DNA of 63,988 nucleotides, filler included, from Ministeria vibrans ATCC 50519 (GCA_943704425.1; 13 parts of 13 records of this genome joined end to end with filler, not necessarily neighbours in it); one strand, 5' to 3'. Positions 9,819 to 23,293 are shown, counted from the first letter of the whole stretch. The notes: generated by a model not told the origin, from the sequence alone. Program-made: numbers and translations.

Positions 9819-12493
9819 TAAAAAAATGATTACATCTTTCACACATTATGCTTTTTTGCTTGATAGTTCTCGTGGTGGAAAACGATCGAGGCGAGGTGGT
9901 GCGTGAGTTTATGAAGGATACAGACGCCATCACGATGTACAAGAGCTCACGCGAGTGTCTTGTTTATCTCACCCATCTCGACTATGTTGACACGGAAACA
10001 ATTATGAGAGAGCGTCTTGATGCGCAGGTACGTGGGAAAAAAAAAAGACTTACTTTTTTTTGGTTTGAGTTTCTTATTCTTTCTTTTCTTTTTCTTCTTT
10101 TCTTCTTCTTCCTGGCAGGTGCACGGACCGGCATTCTCGTGGAAGGGACTCAACACGTTGTGCTGGGCGATTGGTTCGATCAGTGGAGCAATGTCGGAGG
10201 ATGACGAGAAGCGCTTTCTGGTGGTGGTGATCAAAGAGCTGTTGGGGCTGTGCGAGAACAAGCGTGGCAAGGACAACAAGGCGGTGATTGCAAGCAACAT
10301 CATGTACACGGTTGGACAGTACCCTCGCTTCCTGCGGGCCCACTGGAAGTTCCTCAAGACGGTTGTGAACAAGCTCTTTGAGTTTATGCACGAGACCCAC
10401 GATGGTGTCCAGGACATGGCCTGCGACACCTTCATCAAGATTTCCCAAAAGTGTCGCCGACTCTTTGTCTCCACCCAGGTATGAAGTCAACGAAAAAGAA
10501 ATCATAAATGAGACAAAGGGAGAAAGAGAAAACGAAAGAAAGGGGCACGTCTTTGTGACAACACGAATATTTTATTTTTATTATTATAATTAATAATAAT
10601 AATAGTTATTAATCATAATAATTATAATTGATAACCTTTTAGTCTGGCGAACGCACCCCATTCATTGACGAAATTTTGGACTCGATGAGCACTCTTATTT
10701 GCGATTTGAGTCCCTTGCAAGTGCACACGTTCTATGAGGCAGTAGGCTACATGATCTCTGCTCAAAGTACGACAATTACAGCAAAAATAATTAGAATGTA
10801 TTCAAAAACTAATAATAATTGTCTTTTTCATTTTTTTTTTCTTGTGTTTTAGCCGATCCTTCAACCCGCGAACGACTGATTGAGCGATACATGGCGATTC
10901 CTAACATGACATGGGATCGGATCATTAGCGAGTGTGCCGTCAACGTGGACATTCTCAAGGACATGGACACTGTGCAGCAGCTCGGTCACATTCTCAAGAT
11001 CAACGTACGTCTCCATCTTGAATAGCGCATGTATTGTCGCAATTCCAACTCTACATTTCTTTTCAGGTCCGCGCTTGCACAAGCACCGGACACCCGTTTG
11101 TGGCACAACTTGGCCGCAACTACTTGGACATGCTCAATGTGTACAAGTACATCAGTGAGCTCATCTCGAGTGCCATTGCGTCGTCGGCACACAGCATCAT
11201 GCAGGAGCCCCTTATCCGCGCCATGCGCATTGTCAAAAAGGAGACACTGTTGCTGCTTGAGACGTGGGTTGCCAAGTCGGAAGACCCACAGATGGTCTTG
11301 GAAAACTTCATTCCGCCTCTGCTTGATGCCGTCCTGGGCGACTTTGCCCGCAACATTCCCGTCGCACGCGAGGCCGGTGTGCTCTCCCTCATGGCCGCCA
11401 TTGTGAACAAACTCGAGAGCCTCGCCACTCCCTTTGCCGGTCAGATCCTTGAGACCGTCTTTGGTTGGATTCTCGACATGATTGACAAGGTAGATTGCCC
11501 CAAACAAACGAAAAGAAAAATGAATGAAAAATAATAATTAGTATTCATGGGGTTTTTTACCTTTGCATTTTAGGACTTCTCCGAGTTTCCCGAACACCGC
11601 ACCAACTTTTACATTCTTTTGCAAGCAGTCAACTCCAACTGTTTTGAAGTGCTGGTCGAGCTTCCACCGGAGCAGTTTAAGCTCATCATCGATGCTGTTG
11701 TGTGGGCTATTCAGCACACAATGCGACAGGTATAGAAACGAGCGCTTCTCAGTTGTTCAACGGATTTTTTTATTCAATTTTCCTTCAATTTTATTTTTAT
11801 TTTAACAGGTGGCGGACATTGGACTGCAAGTGATGCAAGACTTGATTATGAACACCAACAGCGTTGCCGAGGCACGTCCCGAGTTTGCACAGCGCTTTTA
11901 CCAGCAACACATGCTGCAGTTGCTGCAACACGTCCTTGCGGTGTTCACGGACTCGTCGCACGCCGCGGGATTCAAACTGCAGGCGGGCATTATCCAGAGT
12001 GTGTTTGCTACGGTCGAGAGTGGTGTCGTCACAGTGCCTCTTGTGCCCGTACGTCCACTTTGATTCTTAATCGAGTTGTTTGTTATAGTCACACTTTACC
12101 TCTTTTTTAGTCACCTGAAGCCGCAAACATGGACAACATGCAGGCACTGCAATGGTCCGTCGGCAACACACTCTCAGGGGCATTTCCTCACCTGCAGCCG
12201 TAAGCACATCACCGAAAACTCAACTAGTCTTGAACTTCCTTTGCTTGGATAGGGTTCAAATCGAACGGTTCCTGATGGGCGTTGTACGCGGCACACACGA
12301 TCTGCAGATCCTGAAGAACACATTGAGAGACTTTCTGGTGCACATTCGGCAGTTCTCGAGTGGTGAAGACGACATTGACTTGCAGTTGGAGGCGGCGGAG
12401 GCAGAGCGACAGCTGGCGGAGGCAGAGCGCAAGCGTGCAGTTCCCGGCCTTATCAATAACAACACCACGGACGACATGACCGACGATCTATAA
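7816..12493 (+). CDS. XPO1: Exportin-1 (CRM1), multi-exon
   Basis: [124 protein letters not shown]. Confidence 0.98.
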
Positions 12494-12514
12494 CATAAAA
12501 ATTTATACTACTCT

Positions 12515-12879
12515 TACTGATAAAAAAAGACTGATACGCTTTCTTTGTTCCAACTGAAAAGTATTTACATCGTCTTGTGAATGGCATAAAGACCATTCTT
12601 CCTGATGAAAAATCGATACCCCTTTTTTTGTTCTAACTGAAAAGTGAGTGCGTGTTGATTTACATTGTCATGCGAATGACATGAATTAATACCATTCTTT
12701 CTGATGAAATATCGATACCCTTTTTTGTTCCAACTGAAAAGTGAGTGTGTGTTGATTTACATTGTCATGCGAATGACATGAATTAATACCATTCTTCCTG
12801 ATGAAAATCGATACCCTTTTTTGTTCCAACTGAAAAGTGGGTGCGTGTTTTATTTACATTGTCGTGCGAATGACGTGAT
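12515..12879. repeat. Tandem repeat with ~97-99 bp unit, three good copies plus one degenerate; the unit contains the last ORC3 codons, the stop codon and the 3' UTR
   Basis: ACCATTCTT unit starts at 12592, 12691 and 12788. On the minus strand the units read HVIR(M/T)TM*. Confidence 0.9.
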
Positions 12880-14545
12880 CGGTCTTGCGAGTGGTTGGCT
12901 TGATGAAACCCAACAGTTGAAGCTCCGAGACTGCTCGAATGAAGCGGGCTCTGCACAAAACAAGGTAAGAAAACAACAGAAAATGAGGAAACGCAGGCGA
13001 ACGATCCTACAAACTTACTGAACAAGAGAGTCGTCACGAGCGTCTTCCGAGGCGACCACTTCAGAGAAACTCTACAAAAACAACAACACCAAAATCAATA
13101 CAAAAACCATAAGAAAGCGTGTGTGGGGCAATGTGGTGATGACTGACCTGCATCCAGTCAAAGAGATTGATCATTTTGCCACACTCGAGATGGAGTTTAA
13201 AAGCAATGGAAGTGTCGGGAAGGAGAGACGAGAGGGACGAGCGAGGGGTCTTGGTGAGAGTGGACAGGTACGAGTGGGGGCGAGAAAGAGCGGAGAAAGA
13301 CGACAGACGAGGAGCACCGTCAAGCGACGACGACAGCCAGTGCTGTGTGTGCGCAGGCGCATCTGTGGTTGGGAAGAATAATAACAAACAGGTGAGTCCG
13401 GGTTTATAAAAGACCTCACAATGGGTGATGACAAAACACACCGTTGCATACCTTGGGAGGGGTAGAGCACTGTTTCGGGCAGATTGAGTCGCATTTGTGG
13501 AGGCACAAGCATTCGCGAAAACAGACTGCGTAAAACGCTCAATATCTCGTTGCGAAGCACAACAAACCGAGATTTGTTTCTTGGATTCAGACCTAACAAC
13601 AACAGAACGCAACACACACAGTCAGTCAATTCAGAACGAGTGAGTCAGTCGGTCGGACCTGCACCCAATTGCTTCCACTCTCGCATTCGCTGTGCCTTGG
13701 ACCATCCGTCACTCTCTCTCATTCGTTTCTTCCCTCTCCCTTCCTTTCTCCCCCCTTCTTCACCCTCTTCCGTCTCCCCCGAATGATTCTCTCGCAGTTT
13801 TTCCATTTCATCCGCTTTGGCTGACAGGTCCGTTCGCTCTGCCGCAAACTCCTGTTCTTCCCCGCTCGTCTTTAGTGTCTCCTCCTCAGCCAATTCCGTC
13901 AAAATTAGACGCACAGTCCGCAACATAGTCTTAGCGTCCAAAAATGATTCACACGCAACAAACAAATCATTAAAACCCTATTACGAAATGAATTAATCAC
14001 AAACAATTTCATTCCTTGTTCTTACCTTGGTTTGGGAAATAGGCTGCGTGAGAATGAGCGAATGAAACTCTCTAAGCCTCTGACCCAAACTTCCACCAAA
14101 CTTTGTCTCCTTGACGAGTACAGCAAAAGAGCGTAACGCAATCAGATAAAGAGACTGCTTGTGGTCGTTTTGACGATACAAGCGACCCAATTCGCCAATG
14201 AGGCTCTCATTGTCCGTCAAAATGTCACATTGGAGTTCTAGTTGTAAAACGAATGAGCAAGATGAAGAAGAAAGAGAAAAAAAGAGAGGGCGTGTTCGAG
14301 GAGAGAGAGATGGAGAGTGTGTGGTAGTGAAACAAAGCGGTAGAGAGAGTGTGTGTGTAAAAAGAAAATGAAGATACTTGGATTGTGAGAAAGAGACTCG
14401 ATGTGACGGCGAAAGGAAGGCAAGCGCAAGACAAGAGAGGCCAGTTCCGACGAAAGCGACTCAGTGCGCAGAACAGAGTACCTGAAACAAAGAGTACACA
14501 AAGTAAGAGATCAAATAAAAATGGACAATTGTTTCGCCAGGTCAC
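12854..14545 (-). CDS. ORC3: Origin recognition complex subunit 3, 3' portion (5' end lost at contig end)
   Basis: [53 protein letters not shown], and C-terminal [26 protein letters not shown] match metazoan ORC3. Confidence 0.92.
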
Positions 14546-14804
14546 TCCACACACGCACACACACTCTCTCTATCACTTTGTCCCCCCCCCCNNNNNNNNN
14601 NNNNNNNNNNNNNNNNNNNNNNNNNNNNNNNNNNNTTAATTAATTAANNNNNNNNNNNNNNNNNNNNNNNNNNNNNNNNNNNNNNNNNNNNGATCGTAGC
14701 TACGATACACAGAGAAGAAGAGAATTAAAAGATGCGGCGAGAATCGTGTGTGTGTGTATCTTTGTTGTGTGTGTGTGTCGTTGTGGGGTGTGTGTGTTCG
14801 TTGT

Positions 14805-14882
<78 letters not shown>

Positions 14883-14926
14883 CGAGAACGAAAGTGAAGG
14901 AGACGAGTGTGAGTGAGAGGACGGAC

Positions 14927-17027
14927 CTGTGAGAGATCAAAATGCTCAAAGGGATCGGAGACAAGATCAAAAAGCTGCTCCTGCGGGAAGAAGGCGTTAA
15001 AAATGTACTTCATGCGGCCGTCAGTCAGTGCGTTCCAATGGTTCGTCTCGTTGTAGCATGTCGAGTGCTCTAAATCAAGATACGCTCGCCACTGAGAGAA
15101 AGAGAGAAAAGAAAGTGAGCGATGATGAGAGATGAGTGGGATGTTGGATTACGTCGCAAGAGACGCCCGACGGGTCGTTGAGCAGACAGGTCCATGGCTT
15201 TCCGTCGCGAGGCTTCGCGCCCTGGGGCAGAGGCACATTGGCAATGTCAAGGACAGTAGGGAGGACATCGCGTAGCTCGACAACACGATCGGCGTTGACG
15301 GACGCGCGCTGGGCCGTGATGTTGAGCCGAGTGTCTTTTTCGGCAGATGTAGGCCAGCGCACAATCAGAGGAATATTGGCACTGGATTTGTACGGGAAGC
15401 CTTTGCGCCAATGGTAGTCTAAAAGAGAACAGTGAGAAAAACACGTCATAATATAATTGGGGGTGCGTACGGTCGCCCTGCATGTCTCCATGGTCAGCGG
15501 TAAAGATGACCCACGTGTTCTCTAGCAGTCCCGTGTCGTTCAGCGCCCTCATAATCTCGCCAATCCATTCGTCAACAAACGACACAGACCCAAAATAACA
15601 CCTGTGGAAACCCCCCCAAAAAGTCAAGAGTGAGAGAAGTCGGAGTGGGTCACTGGAAACTGAAAAGTGACCTGCGGGCAAGTTCAACTTGATCATCGGG
15701 CATCTTGCCACACCACGCATCGGCTGTGGGTCCACACCCGGACGGATGGCCCTTCCCCCCAATGAACCTGCGACAGAGAAAAGGGAGAAAGAGTGAGCCC
15801 TTGCATTACGTACGCTCGGTAACACACGAGTTCCCATTCATAATGAAAGAATTCATAATCCAAAGAGAATACGGTCTTGTGTCTTACATGTTGTCCCATT
15901 GCTGGCCGACTTGGATGGGGAAAAATTCCGAGTAGGGGGCGACTGTGTCGAGGACACGCTGAGGGGGATCGTAAGGGGAGTGGGGCCGATGGAAGGAGAC
16001 CTTCATGAAGAAAGGCTCGCCGGCACTTGCAGATTGGTTGTGGATGTAGTCGACGGCCTCGCGACCCACCCACGCCGTCGCTGAAAGAGACAACACGAGT
16101 CGAGTGTGAGAGGTTATGCATCGTTTCAGTCGCCTGTGTACGGTGGTAGAACTCGTCGAAAGCGTAGGGTTTGCCGCGCCAGCTATTCCAGTCGACTCCG
16201 GGTGTCATGGGATCCACGCCAGGCTTCTGGGACTGAAACCATTGATCGTAGCTACGATACACAGAGAAGAAGAGAATTAAAAGATGCGGCGAGAATCGTG
16301 TGTGTGTGTATCTTTGTTGTGTGTGTGTGTGTCGTTGTGGGGTGTGTGTGTTCGTTGTGGTGTGTGTGTGTCTTTGTGGTGTGTGTGTGTGCTCGTTGTG
16401 GTGTGTGTGTGTGTTTGTGGTGTGTGTGTGTGTACTTGTCATATTCGCCACCGCCCTGGAAACCTGAGCCGAGCCCGTCATAGAGCTGCGTCACCTGGTA
16501 GCCGTGCGAGATGCCCTCGTTGGTGGTTGCATTCCATCCAAAATGATCCTGGACACACACCGCATAGGATTCAGCAGTGCGTGCGTGGCGCATTGGGTAC
16601 CTTGCCGAAGGAGGCGGTGCGGAACCCGGCGCTGGCCATGACGCGCGGCAGTTCAACTGGATAGCGGTCGGCCACCGCCCCGTAGCCCAGCATGCCGTGA
16701 TTCCAGGGGCTCTGGCCCGTCAGAATGGCTGCACGAGCAGGTGTGCATGTCGGCGTCGACGTGTACATGTGGCGGAAGCTGTGAAGAGGAATTGAGCGAA
16801 GATAAACAATAAACATTGCGGTGGATGTGCTTTCTTTTATACAGGACTCCTTCTTGGGCCAGATGGTCCAAATGGGGCGTGTGAGCAGCGGTATTGCCAT
16901 ACGCACCAAGCGCGTCCGTGCGCAATTGGTCGGCCATGGCGAAAACAATGTTGAACGGCTTTGCGCTGGCCAAGCCAAGACAGCACGCCACAAGGAGCGC
17001 CAGACGCCCTTGCACAAGGGTCCTCAT
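14927..17027 (-). CDS. Secreted/lysosomal formylglycine-dependent sulfatase (arylsulfatase/choline-sulfatase-like), 3' truncated
   Basis: Signal peptide, NIVFAMADQLR, TPHLDHLA, CTPARAAILTG (CxPxR), PFFMKVSFHRPHSPYDPP, LENTWVIFTADHGDMQGD. Confidence 0.92.
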
Positions 17028-17298
17028 CAAAGCAGCTACCACGGCGAGGAACGAAGAGACCAATTAAAAGTAAGAATTATGAAAATCAAATTAATCAATA
17101 GAGAATTAATAGAGATTAGAGAATCGAGACATAACAAGACAAGTTAATAAGCAAAAAAGACAATAATTTACATTAATAAAAGAAATTTAATAAGAAAATG
17201 AATAAAAACAGTCCAAGTTTGTATAGCGCAGGCTTCTAATATATCATTAACGTTTCTTCGTATTGTTTAAAGTACTGCATTACAACATTTAAGGATTG

Positions 17299-17557
17299 TC
17301 ACCGAGGAATGAGCTGACCAATGAAGTTGAGCACACCAAAGGCAATGAGAGCAGAGTAAATGATCCAGTGCCACAAGCGAAGCTTCCCATTGTTGTGGAG
17401 CGTCTTCATTTCGACGAGCAAAGGCAATGCAAACACATAGGCAGCACCACAAAAGGCACCTGTGAAACGAATGATGTTGCCAATGTTGGGATATACAGCA
17501 GCAACGGTGACACACAGCGCAAGGGTGACAAGGTTGAACAGAAGAACATGCCAGAAC
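17299..17557 (-). CDS. SLC38A9: Last exon of an SLC38A9-like lysosomal amino-acid transporter
   Basis: YPNIGNIIRFTGAFCGAAYVFALP...IAFGVLNFIGQ closely follows the SLC38A9 C-terminal TM helices. Confidence 0.75.
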
Positions 17558-17604
17558 CTACAAGGAAACAAGAATGGAGAGAGGAGGTAGAAAAAACAAA
17601 AGTG

Positions 17605-17709
<105 letters not shown>

Positions 17710-17830
17710 NNNNNNNNNNNNNNNNNNNNNNNNNNNNNNNNNNNNNNNNNNNNTTAATTAATTAANNNNNNNNNNNNNNNNNNNNNNNNNNNNNNNNNNN
17801 NNNNNNNNNTTTTTTTTGTTTTGTGACTTA

Positions 17831-18557
17831 GCTGTCGCCGTGTCTGGCTGCGGGTAACGTTGCTGTCATCAAGCCGGCCAACGTGACTCCCTTGACGGCA
17901 CTCAAGCTTGCTGCTCTCTCTCTCGAGGCTGGATTCCCTCCAGGTGTCATCAACGTGCTCACTGGCTCAGGTACGAAAACACAGAGTGGTGTGTGTGGTG
18001 TGTGTGCGAATTGGTGACTGATTATATGTGCATGTGTATTTTTCACAGGCACCTCTGTTGGTAATGCGATTGCGTCGCACCCGCACATCCGCAAGATCGG
18101 TTTCACCGGCTCAACGGGCGTTGGCAAGCAGATCATGGCGGCGGCTGCACAGTCCAACCTCAAGAAGTGCTCTCTTGAGCTCGGTGGAAAGTCCCCTCTC
18201 ATCATTTTCGCCGACTGTGACATTGAGCGAGCGGTCCGTCAAACTCTTGGAAGTGCTTTTTTCAACAAGGGTGAGAACTGCATTGCTGCTGGACGGTATG
18301 GAAGAAGAAATATCCATTTTTTTGTATCTTAGTTTCTCTTTTCTGCCCAGAGTGTTCGTGGAGGAGTCGATGCACGACGCGTTCATTGAGCGTCTCATTA
18401 CAGAGACGAAGAAAATGAAGATTGGTGATGTGTTTGACACGGATACATCTCACGGACCGCAGAACCACGAGGCGTAAGCAATGAGACAGAGAGAGAGGAG
18501 TGGGAAAGAAAGAGGAAGTGATACAGAGAGAGAGGAGGGGGAAAGAAACAGGAAGTG

Positions 18558-18620
<63 letters not shown>

Positions 18621-19523
18621 GGAGAAAGAACAAAGTGATAGAGAGAGAGAGAGGAAAGAGTGCGTGTTGACAGTGTGTAAATTAGTTGCCTTGCTCTCAG
18701 AGTCAGTGAGTGGTTGAGTGAGTGTATGTCTTTGTGGTAGTGTGTGTCTTTGTGGTATATGTGTGGGAAGGAGTATGTGCTCATAGTGATCGTCTTTTAT
18801 TGATAGCCACTTGAACAAGCTGCTTGGGTTTGTCGAGAGAGGTGTCAAGGAGGGTGCCAAGCTTGTGTGTGGCGGAAAGGTACATCATTGCAGTAGATGA
18901 GCGATTGTGTGGCTGAAATCGGTTGTGTTTGTACGCTTTGTAGCGCGTGGATCGCAAGGGATACTTTTTTGAGCCAACCATCTTCACGGACGTCACCGAC
19001 TCGATGTGGATTGCCGAGGAGGAGTCGTTTGGCCCCATTCTGATTATCCTCAAGTTTGACGGTGATGTTGAGAAGGTACGAAGTGTGAGAGAGAAAAAAG
19101 AAAAATCAAGTGATTTAGATAGAAATAGAGAAACGAGGGAATGAAAAAGAACAATCAGATAGAGGGAGAAAGAGCGAATAGAGAGTGTAGTATAATAACT
19201 GTCTGTGCATTTTTCACGCAGGTCATTGAGCGTGCCAATGCGTCTGAGTTTGGTCTTGCGTCGGGCGTCTTCACGCGTGACATCAACAAGGCTCTGCGTG
19301 TGTCGGAAGCCCTTGAGGCTGGAACAGTCTTTGTCAACACATACAACAAGACGGACGTGGTAAGTCGGAAACATTAAATGTCCCTTCTTCACTCACATGT
19401 TGGGTGTGTGTTTAGGCTGCTCCGTTTGGCGGAGTGAAGCAGTCTGGCTTTGGCAAAGATCTTGGCCAGGAGGCCATTCACGAGTGGACCACCACTAAAG
19501 TGGTGACCATTGAGTACCAGTAA
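17831..19523 (+). CDS. ALDH1L: 10-formyltetrahydrofolate dehydrogenase-type (ALDH1L) aldehyde dehydrogenase domain, 5' truncated
   Basis: [68 protein letters not shown] are ALDH1L-specific variants. Confidence 0.9.
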
Positions 19524-19665
19524 ATCAAGCGTTTTCATTACACTCTTCTTGTTTTTTTTTATCAATTCCCCCCAAGCAAGGCAAAAAAGCAATGTATTTT
19601 TGTATTTTATTTATTATTTTTCTCTGTCACACATGAATTAAAAGAGAGAGGAGATGAAGGGCAGC

Positions 19666-19806
19666 TCACTCGACCTGCTCGGCCTGGTTGGGCGGGGGCT
19701 TGGAAAGATCGACGTCCTCGCCAGTGACACGCTTGAACACGTCGAGAATGTCGAGACAAGTGGTCTCGAAGTGACTCGAGGCATCGTACGACGTCGTGAT
19801 GAACAC
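19666..19806 (-). CDS. GDI: Last exon of Rab GDP-dissociation inhibitor
   Basis: [29 protein letters not shown] matches the GDI C-terminus (SYDATTHFETTC). Confidence 0.85.
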   Translation of the reverse strand: MFITTSYDASSHFETTCLDILDVFKRVTGEDVDLSKPPPNQAEQVE

Positions 19807-19995
19807 CTGCACAAAATATAATAATTAATTATGTATTATTCTCAATGAGAAGGTGAGGGAGTGTGTGTGCGTGTGTGTGTGTGTGTGTGGGGGGGNNNNN
19901 NNNNNNNNNNNNNNNNNNNNNNNNNNNNNNNNNNNNNNNTTAATTAATTAANNNNNNNNNNNNNNNNNNNNNNNNNNNNNNNNNNNNNNNNNNNN

Positions 19996-20205
19996 GAGAG
20001 AGAAACAAAGTGATAGAGAGAGAGAGAAACAAAGTGATAGAGAGAGAGAGAAACAAAGTGATAGAGAGAGAGAGAAACAAAGTGATAGAGAGAGAGAAAC
20101 AAAGTGATAGAGAGAGAGAAAGAAACAAAGTGATAGGGAGAGAGAAAGAAACAAAGTGATAGAGAGAGAGAGGAGGGGGAGAAAGAAACAAAGTGATAGA
20201 AAGAA
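19996..20205. repeat. Minisatellite GAGA(AAG)AAACAAAGTGATAGAGAG; family member also found in many other introns
   Basis: About 8 tandem units directly visible. Confidence 0.9.
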
Positions 20206-20239
20206 AGAGAGAGAGAGGTGAGCCATCTTCGCAGTTACA

Positions 20240-21681
20240 CGAGTTTGCGTGGGTACATTTGTATGGATTGGAGATGGTGACACTGCTACTGCGCGTTTTT
20301 GTTTCGGCCGAGCTGAGTGATGCGGACCGTTTTGCTCCTCCAGAACCGGAAATCTACACGTACATGTGAATATTAGCAGACAATGCACAAATCACAAGAG
20401 AGAGACACTCTGTGTACCTTCATGTCGCGCAGTTGGTCAACGCTGTCCATGAAATTGTTTGCCAGTGCGTGCTGCACCACTGCTCCTTCCAGCACCTCTA
20501 CAATCAGCTTCCCACATATTGTCTACGAAAGCAGATGCGTACACAATCAGTGATACGTGGGACACAAAAAAGCGTGACACTACTCTCTGATGCACTTACT
20601 TGGAAACAGTACCAGCCCTCGCCCGTCTCACAGCGCGACCCAGCCTCGAACTTGAAGCAGTCGTGTTCGTGGCCAAAGCGACGCAGACCGCTCTTGGGCC
20701 AGCGCACAAGCGTAATAGTAGCGGCGTCGTCCATGAGCATCACTGCACGCGATGACACAAGCAGTAGCCCTGTGCCCATGGCGACGGCGCCCGACACCGT
20801 CGCGCCCTTTCTGGGCATGAGGTCGCCCAATTGCGGGTACAGCACATGGAACTGGTGCAACTGGTCTTGTACGTCGTACACGTGTGCCTTCACGCATCCT
20901 GCAATTTCCGGATCCTTCTTCTCACAACACGTCCACTAAACCAAAGTTTATCAACTCAACACAATGGGCTTCATTTGCGCTACCTTGCTACCAACGAATG
21001 CACCCGGGTGATACATAGGCATCATGATGCCTCCGTTACGCCAGCAGCACTCTACAAAACGACGGAAAGCATCAGTCCAAGATGGCACACACACACACAG
21101 ACACACACACAAAATGACCTTCTCGAATCTTTTGGATCCATTCGTCCCGCTCGCCCGCTGTTCTGCCGGCAAAATAGACAATGCCCTCGCCAAAGACGAC
21201 CTGGAAGCCGTTGGTCTGCCCAAAGGCGGCGTCGCTGACGTTCTGGACGCCACAGACGGAGCGGATGGGCAGTCGCATAATCTGCTTTCCCCGCACTCCC
21301 TTTTTGTCCTACGCAGAGGGGCCGACGCCGCACGGTCGTGAGTGCGGCACAGACGCGGTTGACAAGTGGGGCAGCAGCGTAGTATTGCGCGTGCCAGTAA
21401 GCGTCATTTGACCCTTCTTTTGTGCGTCAAGCACATTTTTTTTCTCCTTCGACAAAACAAACGTCGCCAAAAACATGTCATACCTGTTCATAGGCGAATA
21501 TGAAGTCGCGGGTCAGCACAACAAAGCGCTCGAGGAACCTATGCGGGCATAGCGATGAGAAAGAGCGCTTGGAGAGTGGCGCGAGAGGCGTGTTTGTCTG
21601 CGTGGCGATCGTGTGCGTTTCTCACTTGTTGCCCTTGGCGCGCTGCAGCAGCGATCGCTCCAACACTACTTTAGAACTCAT
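20240..21681 (-). CDS. Tec-type PH domain, Btk zinc motif and IRS/DOK-type PTB adaptor, 3' truncated
   Basis: QRAKGNKFLERFVVLT...GFQVVFGEGIVYFAGRTAGERDEWIQKIRE (PH), YHPGAFVGSKWTCCEKKDPEIAGC (Btk motif), RWPKSGLRRFGHEHDCFKFEAGSRCETGEGWYCFQ (IRS-PTB). Confidence 0.85.
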
Positions 21682-21986
21682 GCTTGCGCTTCAAAATAAA
21701 AAACTTGTGAAATATTGATTGTTTCATGTTTGTACTTTGTTTGACTGAGAAGACAGAACAAAGACAATTCAGTCGAAACCGAATTATTAATCGGCCCTCG
21801 GGAAGTGATTCGTTGACACATTCATCGATCGTCGTATGCTCTGATCCATTGTCGAGTCCTGTGGTCTGACTGGCCTTGAAAGATTACTTCTTTGCTCTTC
21901 GATCGGCGCGAAATCGTCTGATCAATTGGGTACCACAAACATGAAACAAATCAATATTTCATAAACAATTTCAAACAATTTGCTAA

Positions 21987-23114
21987 ATGGCGACGAAAAT
22001 AGCATCTGCAGGCGCCACGGGCGGACAGACAGTTGCGGCAGGGGCAGTAGGCTCTGTCGACAAAGCGGCGGTGACGGCCAAAGCTTTGGCACTGCACAGT
22101 GAGCTGAAAAAGGCCTTTGCTGCATCCGACCTGCTCAATACCAAGCTGGCACTCGATAAACTCAAGGTATCCCGTCTACTTACGTCGATCAGCTGGGGTC
22201 TTTGCGCTCGTTTTTTTATTTTTTTTATTTCGTTATTTGAATGTGAGAACTTTCCTGATTTTTTTTTTTTTTTTTGCCCTGATTTGCAGCTTGTCCTGCT
22301 TGAACTGAACTTCCTGCCGTCGGACGAGGGTGGCACAGATACCAAAGAGATGCTACTGGCGCGGGACGTGCTGGAGATGGGCGTGCAGTGGAGTGTGAGG
22401 GCCGGCGACATTGTGGCCTTTGAGCGCTACATGGCCCAGCTGAAAACATACTATGGCGACTACTGCACGCTGCTGGCGCCCTCGTCGCTGCAGAACCAGC
22501 TTCTTGGCCTCAATCTGCTGCGTCTTCTCAGTCAAAACCGCGTTGCGGAATTCCATCAGGAGCTCGAGACTCTCGACCCAAAGTACCACACAACGCTCAC
22601 TCTGCCAACTGCCACTGCCCTAACCAACATACTCTTGTGTCTGTCTGTGTCTTTGACGTAGGCTTCTCCATGGCGACGTATACATCAGACAACCCGTTGC
22701 AATGGAACAGTACCTTATGGAAGGCAGCTACAACAAGGTCCAATTTGAGTTGAATCACACACTTTCGTACTGATCCATGTTCTGTAGATTTTTGTTGCTC
22801 GTGCGAATGTTCCGGCCGAGTCGTATCTTGTGTTTATGGACACTCTGATGGAAACGATCCGGGAAGGGATTGCAGCGAGCAGCGAGCGAGTGTATGAGTC
22901 ACTGTCGGTTGCCGATGCGACGAAGCTGCTCAACTTTGCAAGCGGGGCCGAGACGATTGCATTTGGGAGTGAACGCGGGTGGACATTGGTTGCGGGGGAG
23001 GGAGAGGGTCGTTTTGTGTTTGCTGGGGTCGGTGTGCAGGCAGAGCCCATGTCCCGTCGTGAACAGATGGAGAATGCTCTCCACTATGCAAAGGAGCTTG
23101 AGCGAATTGTGTAA
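21987..23114 (+). CDS. PSMD8: 26S proteasome lid subunit Rpn12
   Basis: [58 protein letters not shown], and C-terminal YAKELERIV. Confidence 0.96.
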
Positions 23115-23293
23115 GAAGAAGAAGAAGGAACAAAAGAAAAAAAAACTTTTCCATCATCATTGGGTCTTGAATAGAATAAGGATTATAATAATAAGATGAG
23201 TGAGTGTTGTGATGGGTGAGTGAGTGAGTGTATGTGTTTTCGGGGTGTGGGTCTTCGTGGTGTGTGTGTGTGTGTGTGTCGCTGGGATGGGCT

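Noticed and set aside
12592-12879. CTGATGA...GAAA in the tandem repeat as a hammerhead ribozyme array, C/D snoRNA cluster or CRISPR-like array
   Set aside because: No stem II between CTGATGA and GAAA, no unique spacers, and the unit is explained by duplication of the ORC3 3' end.
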